Source: Candidatus Nanopelagicales bacterium (GTDB lineage: Bacteria; Actinomycetota; Actinomycetes; S36-B12; UBA10799). From it: DNA of 44,968 bases. The translations under genes and the position numbers were made by a program. This document shows, one piece after another, positions 25,913 to 34,332 of the stretch. Location: contig JBDHZU010000003.1 of assembly GCA_039812085.1 (NCBI GenBank), positions 1-44,968 of the forward strand, read 5' to 3'. The notes under the pieces were generated by a model. That model searched no databases. It saw only the letters and a list, made by a program, of their open reading frames with translations, and was not told the DNA's origin. Every line of letters begins with the position of its first letter. The first letter of the stretch is position 1.

Positions 25913-26719
25913 CTATGCAGCGTCGATCCGCGCCTTGGCCAACGCAATATCTTGTGCAATTCCCTCGAAAGAGGTCTCGCAGATCACGTCGGTCTTGCCC
26001 GCAGCAACCGCGTCCAACAAGGCTCCTGGCTCGATCAGGCCCTTCCCGAAGTTCGCATGCCGATCTCGACCAGACCCAAAGTCGCCTTGTGAATCGTTGG
26101 CGTGGATCAAGTCGATCCGCCCAGTGACTGCTCGCACCTTCTCCACCGCATCGGGCAATTCCAGTCCGGCAGCAAATGCGTGGCAGGTATCGAAGCAGAA
26201 GCCTGGTTCGTAATCGGAGAGCACCTCGAAGAGGCGTCCGATCGCTTCCAGCTTTCGCGCCATCGCAAAGTCGCCGCCGGCGGTGTTCTCGATCAGCAAA
26301 GGAATGCGGATATCCAGCCGTTCAAAAGTCTTACGCCAGTTGTCAAAGCCGATTTCTGGATCTTCACCCTTGTTGACGTGTCCACCGTGAACGATCAATC
26401 CCGCGGCACCCACTAACTCGGCTGCATCAAGCTGTTGCTGCAGGATCTTGCGGCTGGGAATCCGGATCCGGTTGTTCGTCGAAGCAACGTTGAGGACGTA
26501 GGGCGCATGAATGTAAATCCGCATATTGGCGGCTTCTGCTTGCGCACGCAGCCCTTCCGCTCCGTCGGGATGGGGAAAAGTCGGCGCTTTCCATCCCTGC
26601 GGATCGCCGAGGAAGAACTGCACACATTGCGCACCAAGCGCTTGGCCCTGCCCAATTGGGTCATCTTGGCCAACGTGTCCACCGACGAGGGGTCGCGTAT
26701 TGGAGTCATTCGACGACAT
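25913..26719 (-). CDS. nfo: Endonuclease IV (AP endonuclease family 2)
   Basis: Motifs QFF...PQGW, HAPY..NVAS, VHGG, ENTAG, DTCH, HANDS and DRH. ATG 6 nt after TACTCT. Confidence 0.88.
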   Translation of the reverse strand: MSSNDSNTRPLVGGHVGQDDPIGQGQALGAQCVQFFLGDPQGWKAPTFPHPDGAEGLRAQAEAANMRIYIHAPYVLNVASTNNRIRIPSRKILQQQLDAAELVGAAGLIVHGGHVNKGEDPEIGFDNWRKTFERLDIRIPLLIENTAGGDFAMARKLEAIGRLFEVLSDYEPGFCFDTCHAFAAGLELPDAVEKVRAVTGRIDLIHANDSQGDFGSGRDRHANFGKGLIEPGALLDAVAAGKTDVICETSFEGIAQDIALAKARIDAA

Positions 26720-26770
26720 TCCAGAAGAGTACGCACGCCCGGGCGAGCCTGTCGGACATAGGCTGCACGG

Positions 26771-27988
26771 GTGCCACTTGTCGTTCGTGAGATCAGTCCC
26801 GCAGAACATGCGCAGTTCGTGCGCGAACATCCCCGTCTGTCATTCCTGCAGACACCCTCCTGGGCAGGAGTGAAAGCGGAATGGGGTAGCCAGAATCTGG
26901 GGTGGTTCGACGGCGATCAGCTCGTGGGCGCGGGACTTGTCCTTACCCGACAAGTCCCCAAGTTGCCGCAGTTCTTGGCTTATCTGCCTGAAGGCCCAGC
27001 AATCGACTGGAGCGGCGAAGCATTCCCGCAGTATCAACTCGATGACTGGCTGGCACCGATGCTGGAACACTTCCGGCAGGCAGGTGCCTTCCTCGTGAAG
27101 ATGGGCCCGCAGGTCGGAATTCGGCAATGGGGTGCCGGAACGCTGAAGGCAGCCATCGCAGCTGAGTCCGCCACTCGTCTACGGGAAGTCCCGCCCGACG
27201 AATCGTGGGATGCCGGAACCGCTCTGATCGAACGACTGCAACAAGCCGGATGGACGCAGCAACCCGATACCGGTGCAGGTTTTGGTGACGTGCAGCCGCG
27301 ATACGTGTTCCAGGTGCCGTTGGCTGGACGCACCAGCGAAGACGTCTTCACCGGCTTCAACCAGTTGTGGCGGCGCAACATCCGCAAGGCAGACAAGTTG
27401 GGCGTCGAGGTTCGACAAGGAACCCGGGACGATCTATCCGTTTTCCATCCGCTCTATGTCGAGACCGCTGCCCGCGATGGGTTCGTTCCCCGTGGCCAGT
27501 TCTACTTCGAGCGCATGTGGGATGCGATGACCGACGAAGATCCCGAACGAATTGCGCTGTACATCGCCAGCTACCAAGACACTCCTTTGGCTGCCACCAC
27601 CATGGTCACCGTCGGAAAGCACTCCTGGTATTCCTACGGGGCTTCTGCCGATGCGCAACGAGAGGTCCGTCCATCGAACGCCATCCAATGGCGAATGATT
27701 ACCGACTCTTTGGAACGCGGCTGCGATGTCTACGACATGCGGGGCATCAGTGACACCCTGGACCCGAACGATCCACTGTTCGGATTGATTCGGTTCAAGC
27801 TCGGCACGGGCGGTCACGCGTTGGAATACGTAGGCGAGTGGGACTTTGCCCTGCGACCCACCACAGCCAAGGCATTCGATATGTACATGCGACGAGCATC
27901 GATCAAGGCCAATGCCAAGGATCGAGCAAAGCGTTGGTTCGGTAAGAGCACTCAGGTGATCGCCGCTGATACGGGAGCAAGCAAGTGA
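26771..27988 (+). CDS. femX: FemABX family peptidoglycan interpeptide bridge aminoacyltransferase
   Basis: Motifs SFLQTPSWAGVK.EW, AYLPEGP, QPRYVFQ, FNQLWRRNIRKA, WYSYGAS, PSNAIQW, YDMRGI and FKLGTGG..EY.GEWD. Confidence 0.9.
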   Translation: MPLVVREISPAEHAQFVREHPRLSFLQTPSWAGVKAEWGSQNLGWFDGDQLVGAGLVLTRQVPKLPQFLAYLPEGPAIDWSGEAFPQYQLDDWLAPMLEHFRQAGAFLVKMGPQVGIRQWGAGTLKAAIAAESATRLREVPPDESWDAGTALIERLQQAGWTQQPDTGAGFGDVQPRYVFQVPLAGRTSEDVFTGFNQLWRRNIRKADKLGVEVRQGTRDDLSVFHPLYVETAARDGFVPRGQFYFERMWDAMTDEDPERIALYIASYQDTPLAATTMVTVGKHSWYSYGASADAQREVRPSNAIQWRMITDSLERGCDVYDMRGISDTLDPNDPLFGLIRFKLGTGGHALEYVGEWDFALRPTTAKAFDMYMRRASIKANAKDRAKRWFGKSTQVIAADTGASK

Positions 27989-29277
27989 CGTTCAGTCTGA
28001 CCGTCGATGGCCCCGCCTGGCGTGCACATGCCGAGTCTGTGCGAGACGACGTTCGTAACGTCATCAACATCGGACGGCCCGGTGCTCAATCCGGCGACAT
28101 CGTTCCGGTCATCAAGGGCAACGGCTACGGATTTGGTCTGGCGAACCTGGCAGTAGAAAGTGCTCGACTCGGTATCGACCGAGTAGCCGTAGGCACCGCA
28201 CACGAGGCAGCGGCGGTCGCCCGCTACTACCCCGGCGAGATTCTGGTCATGCAGCCCTGGGATCCACGCGACTTGCCTAGCTTGGCGGTCTGGGAACTCA
28301 TCGATGCCAGCAACTTCGGTGAACGCGTGATCCGCACGGTGTCGAGCGTGGACGCGATCCGCGGCCTATCCGCCCAACCCGCCAATGAGTCCGGTCGCCC
28401 CATTCGGGTGTTGATCGAAGGCCTGACCTCGATGCGTCGCTTTGGTTTAGCCGAACCAGACCTCGATGCTGTCCTCACCGAAGATGGCCTTCGAGATGCG
28501 CTGCGTGAACGTCGGATTGAACTGCTCGGCTTAGCCATTCACCTGCCGTTGGCACAGCCACTTTCTCCGCATGCGCAGACGCTGGAATCCTCTTGGACAG
28601 ATAACCAACCTCGAACCCAACTTCCCAAGCAGGCCAGCGGTCGAGTCCGGGAAGCCTGGTCATGGACGTTGACCTGGATCCGTGCATTGGGCGCGCTAGA
28701 AGACGCTGGTTGCCCACTGGAAGAAGAAGCCGCAGGCGTTTGGCTCTCTCATCTCGACGACACCGAGCTGGCTCAATTACGGGCAGCAGTCCCCGATCTG
28801 CCACTGCGGGTTCGGATCGGAACTCGGCTGTGGCTCGGCGCACCAGAGACGCTGTCGGTGACGGGCACTGTGTTGGCCGTCCACAGTGTGGCGAAGGGTC
28901 GCGCAGTCGGTTATCGCCAGCGACGTGCTCCTAAGGAAGGTCTGCTCGTCGTGGTGGGTGGCGGAACGTCGCACGGTGTGGCCCTTGAGGCGCCCACCCC
29001 AGCCGCATCTATGCGTCAGCGCGTGGTTTCCGCCGGAACCGGAGCGATCGAGGCAACGGGTCGCGCGCGTTCTCCATTCCAATGGGACGGCAAGTTCCGT
29101 CGCTTTATGGAGCCGCCACATATGCAGGTATCCATGATCTGGATTAGCGCGGACGATGTTCGCCAAGCGGTAGCCCGGGGAGTCAAAGCTCCATCGGTGG
29201 GCGACGAGTTGCCGTGCCGAGTACGCAACACCACGGCTGCTTTCGATCGCATCATCGGATTGGACGATCAGGCGTGA
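27985..29277 (+). CDS. Alanine racemase-like PLP enzyme (actinobacterial femX-associated)
   Basis: PVIKGNGYGFG (PLP lysine), TSMRRFG, HLPL, RIGTRLWLG, VGYRQ, GGTSHG and EPPHMQVSM. Overlaps femX (GTGA). Confidence 0.8.
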   Translation: MTFSLTVDGPAWRAHAESVRDDVRNVINIGRPGAQSGDIVPVIKGNGYGFGLANLAVESARLGIDRVAVGTAHEAAAVARYYPGEILVMQPWDPRDLPSLAVWELIDASNFGERVIRTVSSVDAIRGLSAQPANESGRPIRVLIEGLTSMRRFGLAEPDLDAVLTEDGLRDALRERRIELLGLAIHLPLAQPLSPHAQTLESSWTDNQPRTQLPKQASGRVREAWSWTLTWIRALGALEDAGCPLEEEAAGVWLSHLDDTELAQLRAAVPDLPLRVRIGTRLWLGAPETLSVTGTVLAVHSVAKGRAVGYRQRRAPKEGLLVVVGGGTSHGVALEAPTPAASMRQRVVSAGTGAIEATGRARSPFQWDGKFRRFMEPPHMQVSMIWISADDVRQAVARGVKAPSVGDELPCRVRNTTAAFDRIIGLDDQA

Positions 29278-30719
29278 GTACTGCGCCGACTCAGCCAGCC
29301 GAGCAGCGTCAGTTCGTCGCACCCAGCGAACAGGACCCTTTCGTTGCCGCTGCATCGACAGTCATCGGCGGGCCGATTGGACGACTGGCGGCACCGCTGT
29401 CACGTTCGTATTGGACGGTCTTGCGTGTGCTCGTGGTGATGACGAGTGCCGGATTTGCCCTCGGTCTGCTTCAAAAGATCCCGTGCATGACAACCAACTG
29501 GCAGCAACCCAGCGAATACACCCACCTGTGTTACAGCGATATGCCGCCGTTGTTCAGTCTGCGCGGATTCGCCGACCACGTATTTCCTTATATTCATCAA
29601 CCGCTTCCCGGTCAGGAGCAGCTCGAATACCCCGTTCTTACCGGGATGTTCATGCAACTGGCGAACGTCATGTCTCCCCGATCGGCACTCTGGTTCTACT
29701 TAATCAACTCGCTGCTGTTGCTGGTGTGCGCGATCTGCGCAGTCCTGGCAACTGCACTGACGGTGAAGCGACGACCATGGGATGCCGCGATGGTGGCCCT
29801 GGCTCCGGCAGGGATTCTGACCGCCACCATTAACTGGGATCTATTACCGGTCGCACTGACTGCCATCTTCATGTTGTTGTGGGCACGCCGATATCCCTTT
29901 GCCGCAGGGGTGTTCTTAGGTCTAGCCACAGCAGCGAAGTTCTATCCGATCCTGCTGATCGGCCCGCTTCTGCTGTTGTGCTGGAGAGCCGGTAAGTGGC
30001 GAGAACTCGGCCTGACTGTTGCCGGAACCGCAGCAAGTTGGCTGGCGGTGAATGTGCCGTTTATGGTGGCCAACTTTGACGGGTGGGCACACTTCTACAC
30101 CTTCTCCTCCGAACGAGGACAAGACTTCGGATCGGTGTGGTTGGCGTTATCCAACGTTGGTCTTTCAGTTCCGGCAGAAAGCTTGAACCTGCTGGCCTCT
30201 GGCCTATTCCTCCTACTGTGCGTACTCATCGCCATCCTGGTGGCACGGGCACCGCGTCGGCCACGGTTCGCATCTCTAGCATTTCTCACTGTCGCGGCGT
30301 TCCTACTCACTAACAAGGTCTACTCCCCGCAGTACGTGCTCTGGTTGATTCCACTTGCCGTGCTTGCCCGACCCCGGTGGCGAGACTTCCTGGTGTGGCA
30401 AGTCGGCCAGTGCATCTACTTCGTCGGGATCTGGCTGTACCTGGCAGGACTGCAAGAAGGAACGAAAGGTCTACCAAGCGAGTGGTACACGCTGGCGATC
30501 GCGATCCACATCGCCTCCACGCTCTACTTCGTCGGATTCGTGATCCGCGACATCCTTCGTCCGGAGAATGATCCAGTTCGCACCGACGGATTCGTAGAGG
30601 ACTCTGACGACCCCGGTGGCGGAGTCTTGGACGGTTCACCCGACCGTGCTGGTTGGGGAATAAACATGAACTCTCAAGCATTTATCGAGCATGACTCCGA
30701 GCACGTTGCATCCGTTTGA
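29274..30719 (+). CDS. GT87/DUF2029 polyprenol-phosphate-sugar-dependent membrane glycosyltransferase
   Basis: Motifs CYSD, LEYPVLTG, INWDL, AAKFYP, NKVYSPQYVLWL and the C-terminal DPVR..DDPGGGVLDG. The GTG start overlaps the racemase-like gene's stop. Confidence 0.88.
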   Translation: MSTAPTQPAEQRQFVAPSEQDPFVAAASTVIGGPIGRLAAPLSRSYWTVLRVLVVMTSAGFALGLLQKIPCMTTNWQQPSEYTHLCYSDMPPLFSLRGFADHVFPYIHQPLPGQEQLEYPVLTGMFMQLANVMSPRSALWFYLINSLLLLVCAICAVLATALTVKRRPWDAAMVALAPAGILTATINWDLLPVALTAIFMLLWARRYPFAAGVFLGLATAAKFYPILLIGPLLLLCWRAGKWRELGLTVAGTAASWLAVNVPFMVANFDGWAHFYTFSSERGQDFGSVWLALSNVGLSVPAESLNLLASGLFLLLCVLIAILVARAPRRPRFASLAFLTVAAFLLTNKVYSPQYVLWLIPLAVLARPRWRDFLVWQVGQCIYFVGIWLYLAGLQEGTKGLPSEWYTLAIAIHIASTLYFVGFVIRDILRPENDPVRTDGFVEDSDDPGGGVLDGSPDRAGWGINMNSQAFIEHDSEHVASV

Positions 30720-31560
30720 ACAGCATCTGCTGACCCACGAGCAGGCGCATCGGGAGCACGCTGCCTGGACGCCTGAATACGGGGCGCTCCCTGCGATCTA
30801 TCTCAGTCACGGCGCACCACCTCTGTTCGAAGACCCTGGCTGGATGCATGACCTGAGCCAGTGGGCATTGGCGATGCCGAAGCCTCGGTCGATCCTGATC
30901 GTGAGTGCCCACTGGGAATCAGCACCACTCATGCTGTCGGCACCTGCCGCGCACACCCCACTGGTCTACGACTTCGGTGGCTTCGATCCGTACTACTACC
31001 ACATGCAGTACCGCACCCCTGATGCGTCAGAGCTAGCCGCCGATGTTGCTGCTCTCATCCCAGATGACCAATCTCTGCACGAACACAACAGTCGCGGACT
31101 CGACCACGGTGCTTGGGTTCCCTTGAAAGTCATGTACCCATTCGGTGACATCCCCACCCTGCAGTTGTCTCTGCCAACTAATGACCCAACCGCACTTATG
31201 CAATTAGGTCAGCGCTTAGCACCGCTACGGGAACAGGGTGTGCTCGTTATCGGGTCAGGATTCATGACTCATGGGCTGCCGTTCTTAACGGCTGCAGATT
31301 TCCTGGGAGTCAATGATCCTCCCCGGTGGTCGCAAGATTTTGATCAATGGGCAGCAGAAGCACTAGAACGAGCAGACATTGACGAACTATCCCGATACCG
31401 CAGCGTTGCGCCGGGTATGCCCTACGCGCATCCCACCGTCGAACACTTGACACCTCTCTTTGTTGCCCTTGGCGCAGCCACTGACATCGAGGTTCCGGCA
31501 GACACGGTGTTGGACGGATTCCGAATGGGTTTGGCCAGGCGCAGTCTGAGTTTTGCGTAA
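30691..31560 (+). CDS. LigB/DODA-type class III extradiol dioxygenase (YgiD-like)
   Basis: Motifs YLSHGAPP, VSAHWE, YDFGGF, RGLDHGAWVPL, GSGFMTH and AHPTVEH..PL. Confidence 0.88.
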   Translation: MTPSTLHPFEQHLLTHEQAHREHAAWTPEYGALPAIYLSHGAPPLFEDPGWMHDLSQWALAMPKPRSILIVSAHWESAPLMLSAPAAHTPLVYDFGGFDPYYYHMQYRTPDASELAADVAALIPDDQSLHEHNSRGLDHGAWVPLKVMYPFGDIPTLQLSLPTNDPTALMQLGQRLAPLREQGVLVIGSGFMTHGLPFLTAADFLGVNDPPRWSQDFDQWAAEALERADIDELSRYRSVAPGMPYAHPTVEHLTPLFVALGAATDIEVPADTVLDGFRMGLARRSLSFA

Positions 31561-31646
31561 CTAATGACGTAACTGATGAATAGAGGTAGGCACCTGAATG
31601 TGCCTTGTGGTGGCGATCTTGCCTCTAGCAGAGCACTATTTGAGTC

Positions 31647-32408
31647 ATGTCAGGAACTCGCGTCCTTGCGATTGGCGCACACCCCGACGACATCGAGCTG
31701 GGATGCGGGGGAACCCTCGCCCGTCATGTAGCGGCCGGCGACGACGTTCTCATGCTCGTCCTCACTGACGGTCAGTCCGGCCCTGGTGAGGTATCGGGAC
31801 GCCGAGTAGAGGCCCGCGCCGCTGCAGAAGTACTCGGCGCCGATATTTCATTTGGTGGCCTTATGGACGGGTCAGTCGACCCCGGCAGTGAAACCGTGCA
31901 GTTGATTGAGCGGGCCATCGTCGAGCTATCGCCGTCAGTGGTCTACACCCACGGCGAGGATGACTCCCACCAAGACCACCGACATGCATGCGCCGCGACG
32001 CTTTCTGCTGCCCGCAATATTTCCACCGTGCTGCACTACCAGTCACCATCTGCCCGCAACTTCCATCCCACCTTGTTCGTTGCCATTGGCGAGCAGGCTC
32101 TGGAACTGAAACTTACCGCCCTGGAATGCCACTCCTCTCAAGTCGAAAACTCCGCCCGAGTGGACTTCTCTTTGTTGGAAGCCCAAGCCCGGTACTGGGG
32201 AGCACAAGCTCGGACCAAGTACGCCGAAGGATTCGTCGCCGCTCGTGCATTAGTCAGCCCTACGTCCGAAGGGGTTGTCCTCGGGGAACGTCGCGGAGGC
32301 AGCGACGAATTCGTCGGGGCAGATCGTCGCGATGCGGCACTGCCGCAAGCAGAGGCACTAGCGCGTCGGCGGGAAGCCGCCGAAGACCGTCGGTCCACCA
32401 GCGCTTAG
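31647..32408 (+). CDS. PIG-L/LmbE family N-acetylglucosaminyl deacetylase with an Arg-rich C-terminal tail
   Basis: Motifs AHPDDIELGCGG, R..EA..AA, DSHQDH, H.SQ and YAEGF. No signal peptide. Confidence 0.88.
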   Translation: MSGTRVLAIGAHPDDIELGCGGTLARHVAAGDDVLMLVLTDGQSGPGEVSGRRVEARAAAEVLGADISFGGLMDGSVDPGSETVQLIERAIVELSPSVVYTHGEDDSHQDHRHACAATLSAARNISTVLHYQSPSARNFHPTLFVAIGEQALELKLTALECHSSQVENSARVDFSLLEAQARYWGAQARTKYAEGFVAARALVSPTSEGVVLGERRGGSDEFVGADRRDAALPQAEALARRREAAEDRRSTSA

Positions 32409-33466
32409 GCGCGCATCTTTGCCCAACCTTCGTATTCCTCAACGGCGAAGCCCAGGTAGAGGCTGTCCTTGAGGTAGTCCTGGCTCACCGTGTTCTGGGC
32501 CTGAATCATGTTCGAGTTGCTGTCTCCGTAGAAGCTGACAAACTCTGGATCGATCTCGTTCGTTTCCGAGGCAAATCGGTAGGGCTTCTTTAGCTCTCGG
32601 GCAACGGCAACCGCTTGCTGCGCATCGTTGCGGATCTCGTTCACCGTGTCAGCGAAGGTCACGATCGTTACTTGATCGACCAACTTCATGGCAGCGGCAT
32701 CCAAGGTGGTGGTTCCGTAGTTGATGGTGTGATACCACCACGGAAGAGACAGCTCAAGAGTTTCCGAACCTGCAGCCTGTGCCGCTTCAGTCAACAGTCC
32801 GATGAACTGCTCATTACGAGCGTCTTGGTTCTGCCAGTAGCCAACCTGGTTGTGCGGCTCAATCTCGAAGTGAATGCCGGTGAACAAACGGCTCGCACGC
32901 ACTTCATTGATCCAGGCAATGGCGGTTGCATGGTCAGTCACCCATGCGGGATCGCCGCCCATCGCCCACATGGTGATCCCAGCTTTGCGACCTCGGTCTG
33001 ACAGTTGAGTCAACTTCGTCAATAGGTCAGGCGTCTGCGAGAAGCCCGGATGCGCGTAAGTGAAAATCTCAGTGACGTTGTGGTTACGGGCAAAGTCGAG
33101 CACCGCGTCATTGGAACTCCAGTTCCATAGCCACATTGCCCGATTGGTCAACACCGCATTCACCGTCTCATTTTGCGTGTTCGTGGCTGGCGGTGTTGGT
33201 CGGATCTGCGACACGGGCGCTATCGGTTTAGCCGCCGTTGCCTTCGGCGAGGAGGGGCTGGCCTTCTTAGCGCTCGTGATCTTTTTCTTTGCCTTGTGCT
33301 TATTTTTGGCCTTGTGCTTCTTTACCTGCTTAGTGACCTTGACTGTTTTTGCGTGATGGGTGGCGGTGGAGGTCTGCAGGAAAGCTGAACTACTTACTGG
33401 CAGCGTAAGTGCGGCGATGAGCGCTAACGCCATCGCACACATGATCCCAATCGATCCGCGCCGCAC
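32405..33466 (-). CDS. Secreted uncharacterised protein with a putative TIM-barrel glycoside hydrolase-like domain
   Basis: Signal-peptide-like N-terminus, a Lys-rich then Pro-rich linker, then a globular domain with RAMWLW, GGDPAW, FTGIHFEIEPH and GFAVEEY. The fold is inferred. Confidence 0.55.
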   Translation of the reverse strand: MRRGSIGIMCAMALALIAALTLPVSSSAFLQTSTATHHAKTVKVTKQVKKHKAKNKHKAKKKITSAKKASPSSPKATAAKPIAPVSQIRPTPPATNTQNETVNAVLTNRAMWLWNWSSNDAVLDFARNHNVTEIFTYAHPGFSQTPDLLTKLTQLSDRGRKAGITMWAMGGDPAWVTDHATAIAWINEVRASRLFTGIHFEIEPHNQVGYWQNQDARNEQFIGLLTEAAQAAGSETLELSLPWWYHTINYGTTTLDAAAMKLVDQVTIVTFADTVNEIRNDAQQAVAVARELKKPYRFASETNEIDPEFVSFYGDSNSNMIQAQNTVSQDYLKDSLYLGFAVEEYEGWAKMRA

Positions 33467-33540
33467 ATATATGTCTCGTCTGTCGCTGCCGGTGGGTCTT
33501 GAACGCAGCTACTGCGACCGGGTGAAGTGCGATTCGGCTG

Positions 33541-34332
33541 GTGACCAAGCAACCACGGCGACAGAATGACGTTGTGCGAGGGGTTCGCGATCTGTTTGGT
33601 GACGGCTATCTATCAGCCGGCACTGAGGATCTGCATGTTCACACCCAAGCCTGTAACGACTCGGATCAGTCCGCCGAACAGGCTCTGACCGATGCGATAG
33701 AGCACGGCATCGAGGTGGTCTGTTTCACCGCGCATGTGCGTCTGGATACTCCGGTGCAGCACGTGTTGTCTTACCTGGAATCTATTGATGAGGCGAGTGA
33801 ACAGTTCGGTCAGCTCACCATTCGTCGCAGTGTGGAGACCAAGCTGCTAGACGTTGCCGGGAATCTCGATCTGCCACCTGAGCTTGATCTATCTGTGCTG
33901 GACACCGTGCACATCGCAGACCATCGCTTCCCGCTCGACAGCGATGCCGCGCCCCGGGAGGTTGCCGCGCAACTCGCTAACGGTGAACTCACGGAACGTG
34001 CTGCGTGGGAAGCATTAGTGGAGTCCACCTGTCATGCGTTGCAGCAATACCCACCGGCCATCGTTGCCCACCCGCTGTCAATCATTCCCAAAATCGGCCT
34101 CGATCAGAGCGACCTTCCGACGGACCTCGCCGACCATTGGGCACACGTCATGGCCAAACACGAGTCCGTGATGGAAATCAACAACAAGTGGGACTGTCCG
34201 GGGCTGTCCCTTGTGCGGGCTGCTCATGCGGCGGGGGTTCCGGTTGTATCCGCCAGCGACGCTCACCATGCCGGTGAAACCGGACGCCAGTCATACCGCG
34301 ATGTTGTGGTGGCAGAACTGGGAACCGGCTGA
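33541..34332 (+). CDS. PHP domain metal-dependent phosphoesterase
   Basis: DLHVHT, FTAH, VETK, ADH, AHP, MEIN and SDAH motifs. Exact start uncertain. Coupled to GT2 through TGATG. Confidence 0.82.
   Translation: MTKQPRRQNDVVRGVRDLFGDGYLSAGTEDLHVHTQACNDSDQSAEQALTDAIEHGIEVVCFTAHVRLDTPVQHVLSYLESIDEASEQFGQLTIRRSVETKLLDVAGNLDLPPELDLSVLDTVHIADHRFPLDSDAAPREVAAQLANGELTERAAWEALVESTCHALQQYPPAIVAHPLSIIPKIGLDQSDLPTDLADHWAHVMAKHESVMEINNKWDCPGLSLVRAAHAAGVPVVSASDAHHAGETGRQSYRDVVVAELGTG

Noticed and set aside
31647-32408. mshB or mca (mycothiol deacetylase/amidase)
   Set aside because: The protein is a short generic PIG-L type without the longer MshB/Mca insertions, and its context is a GT2 cluster.
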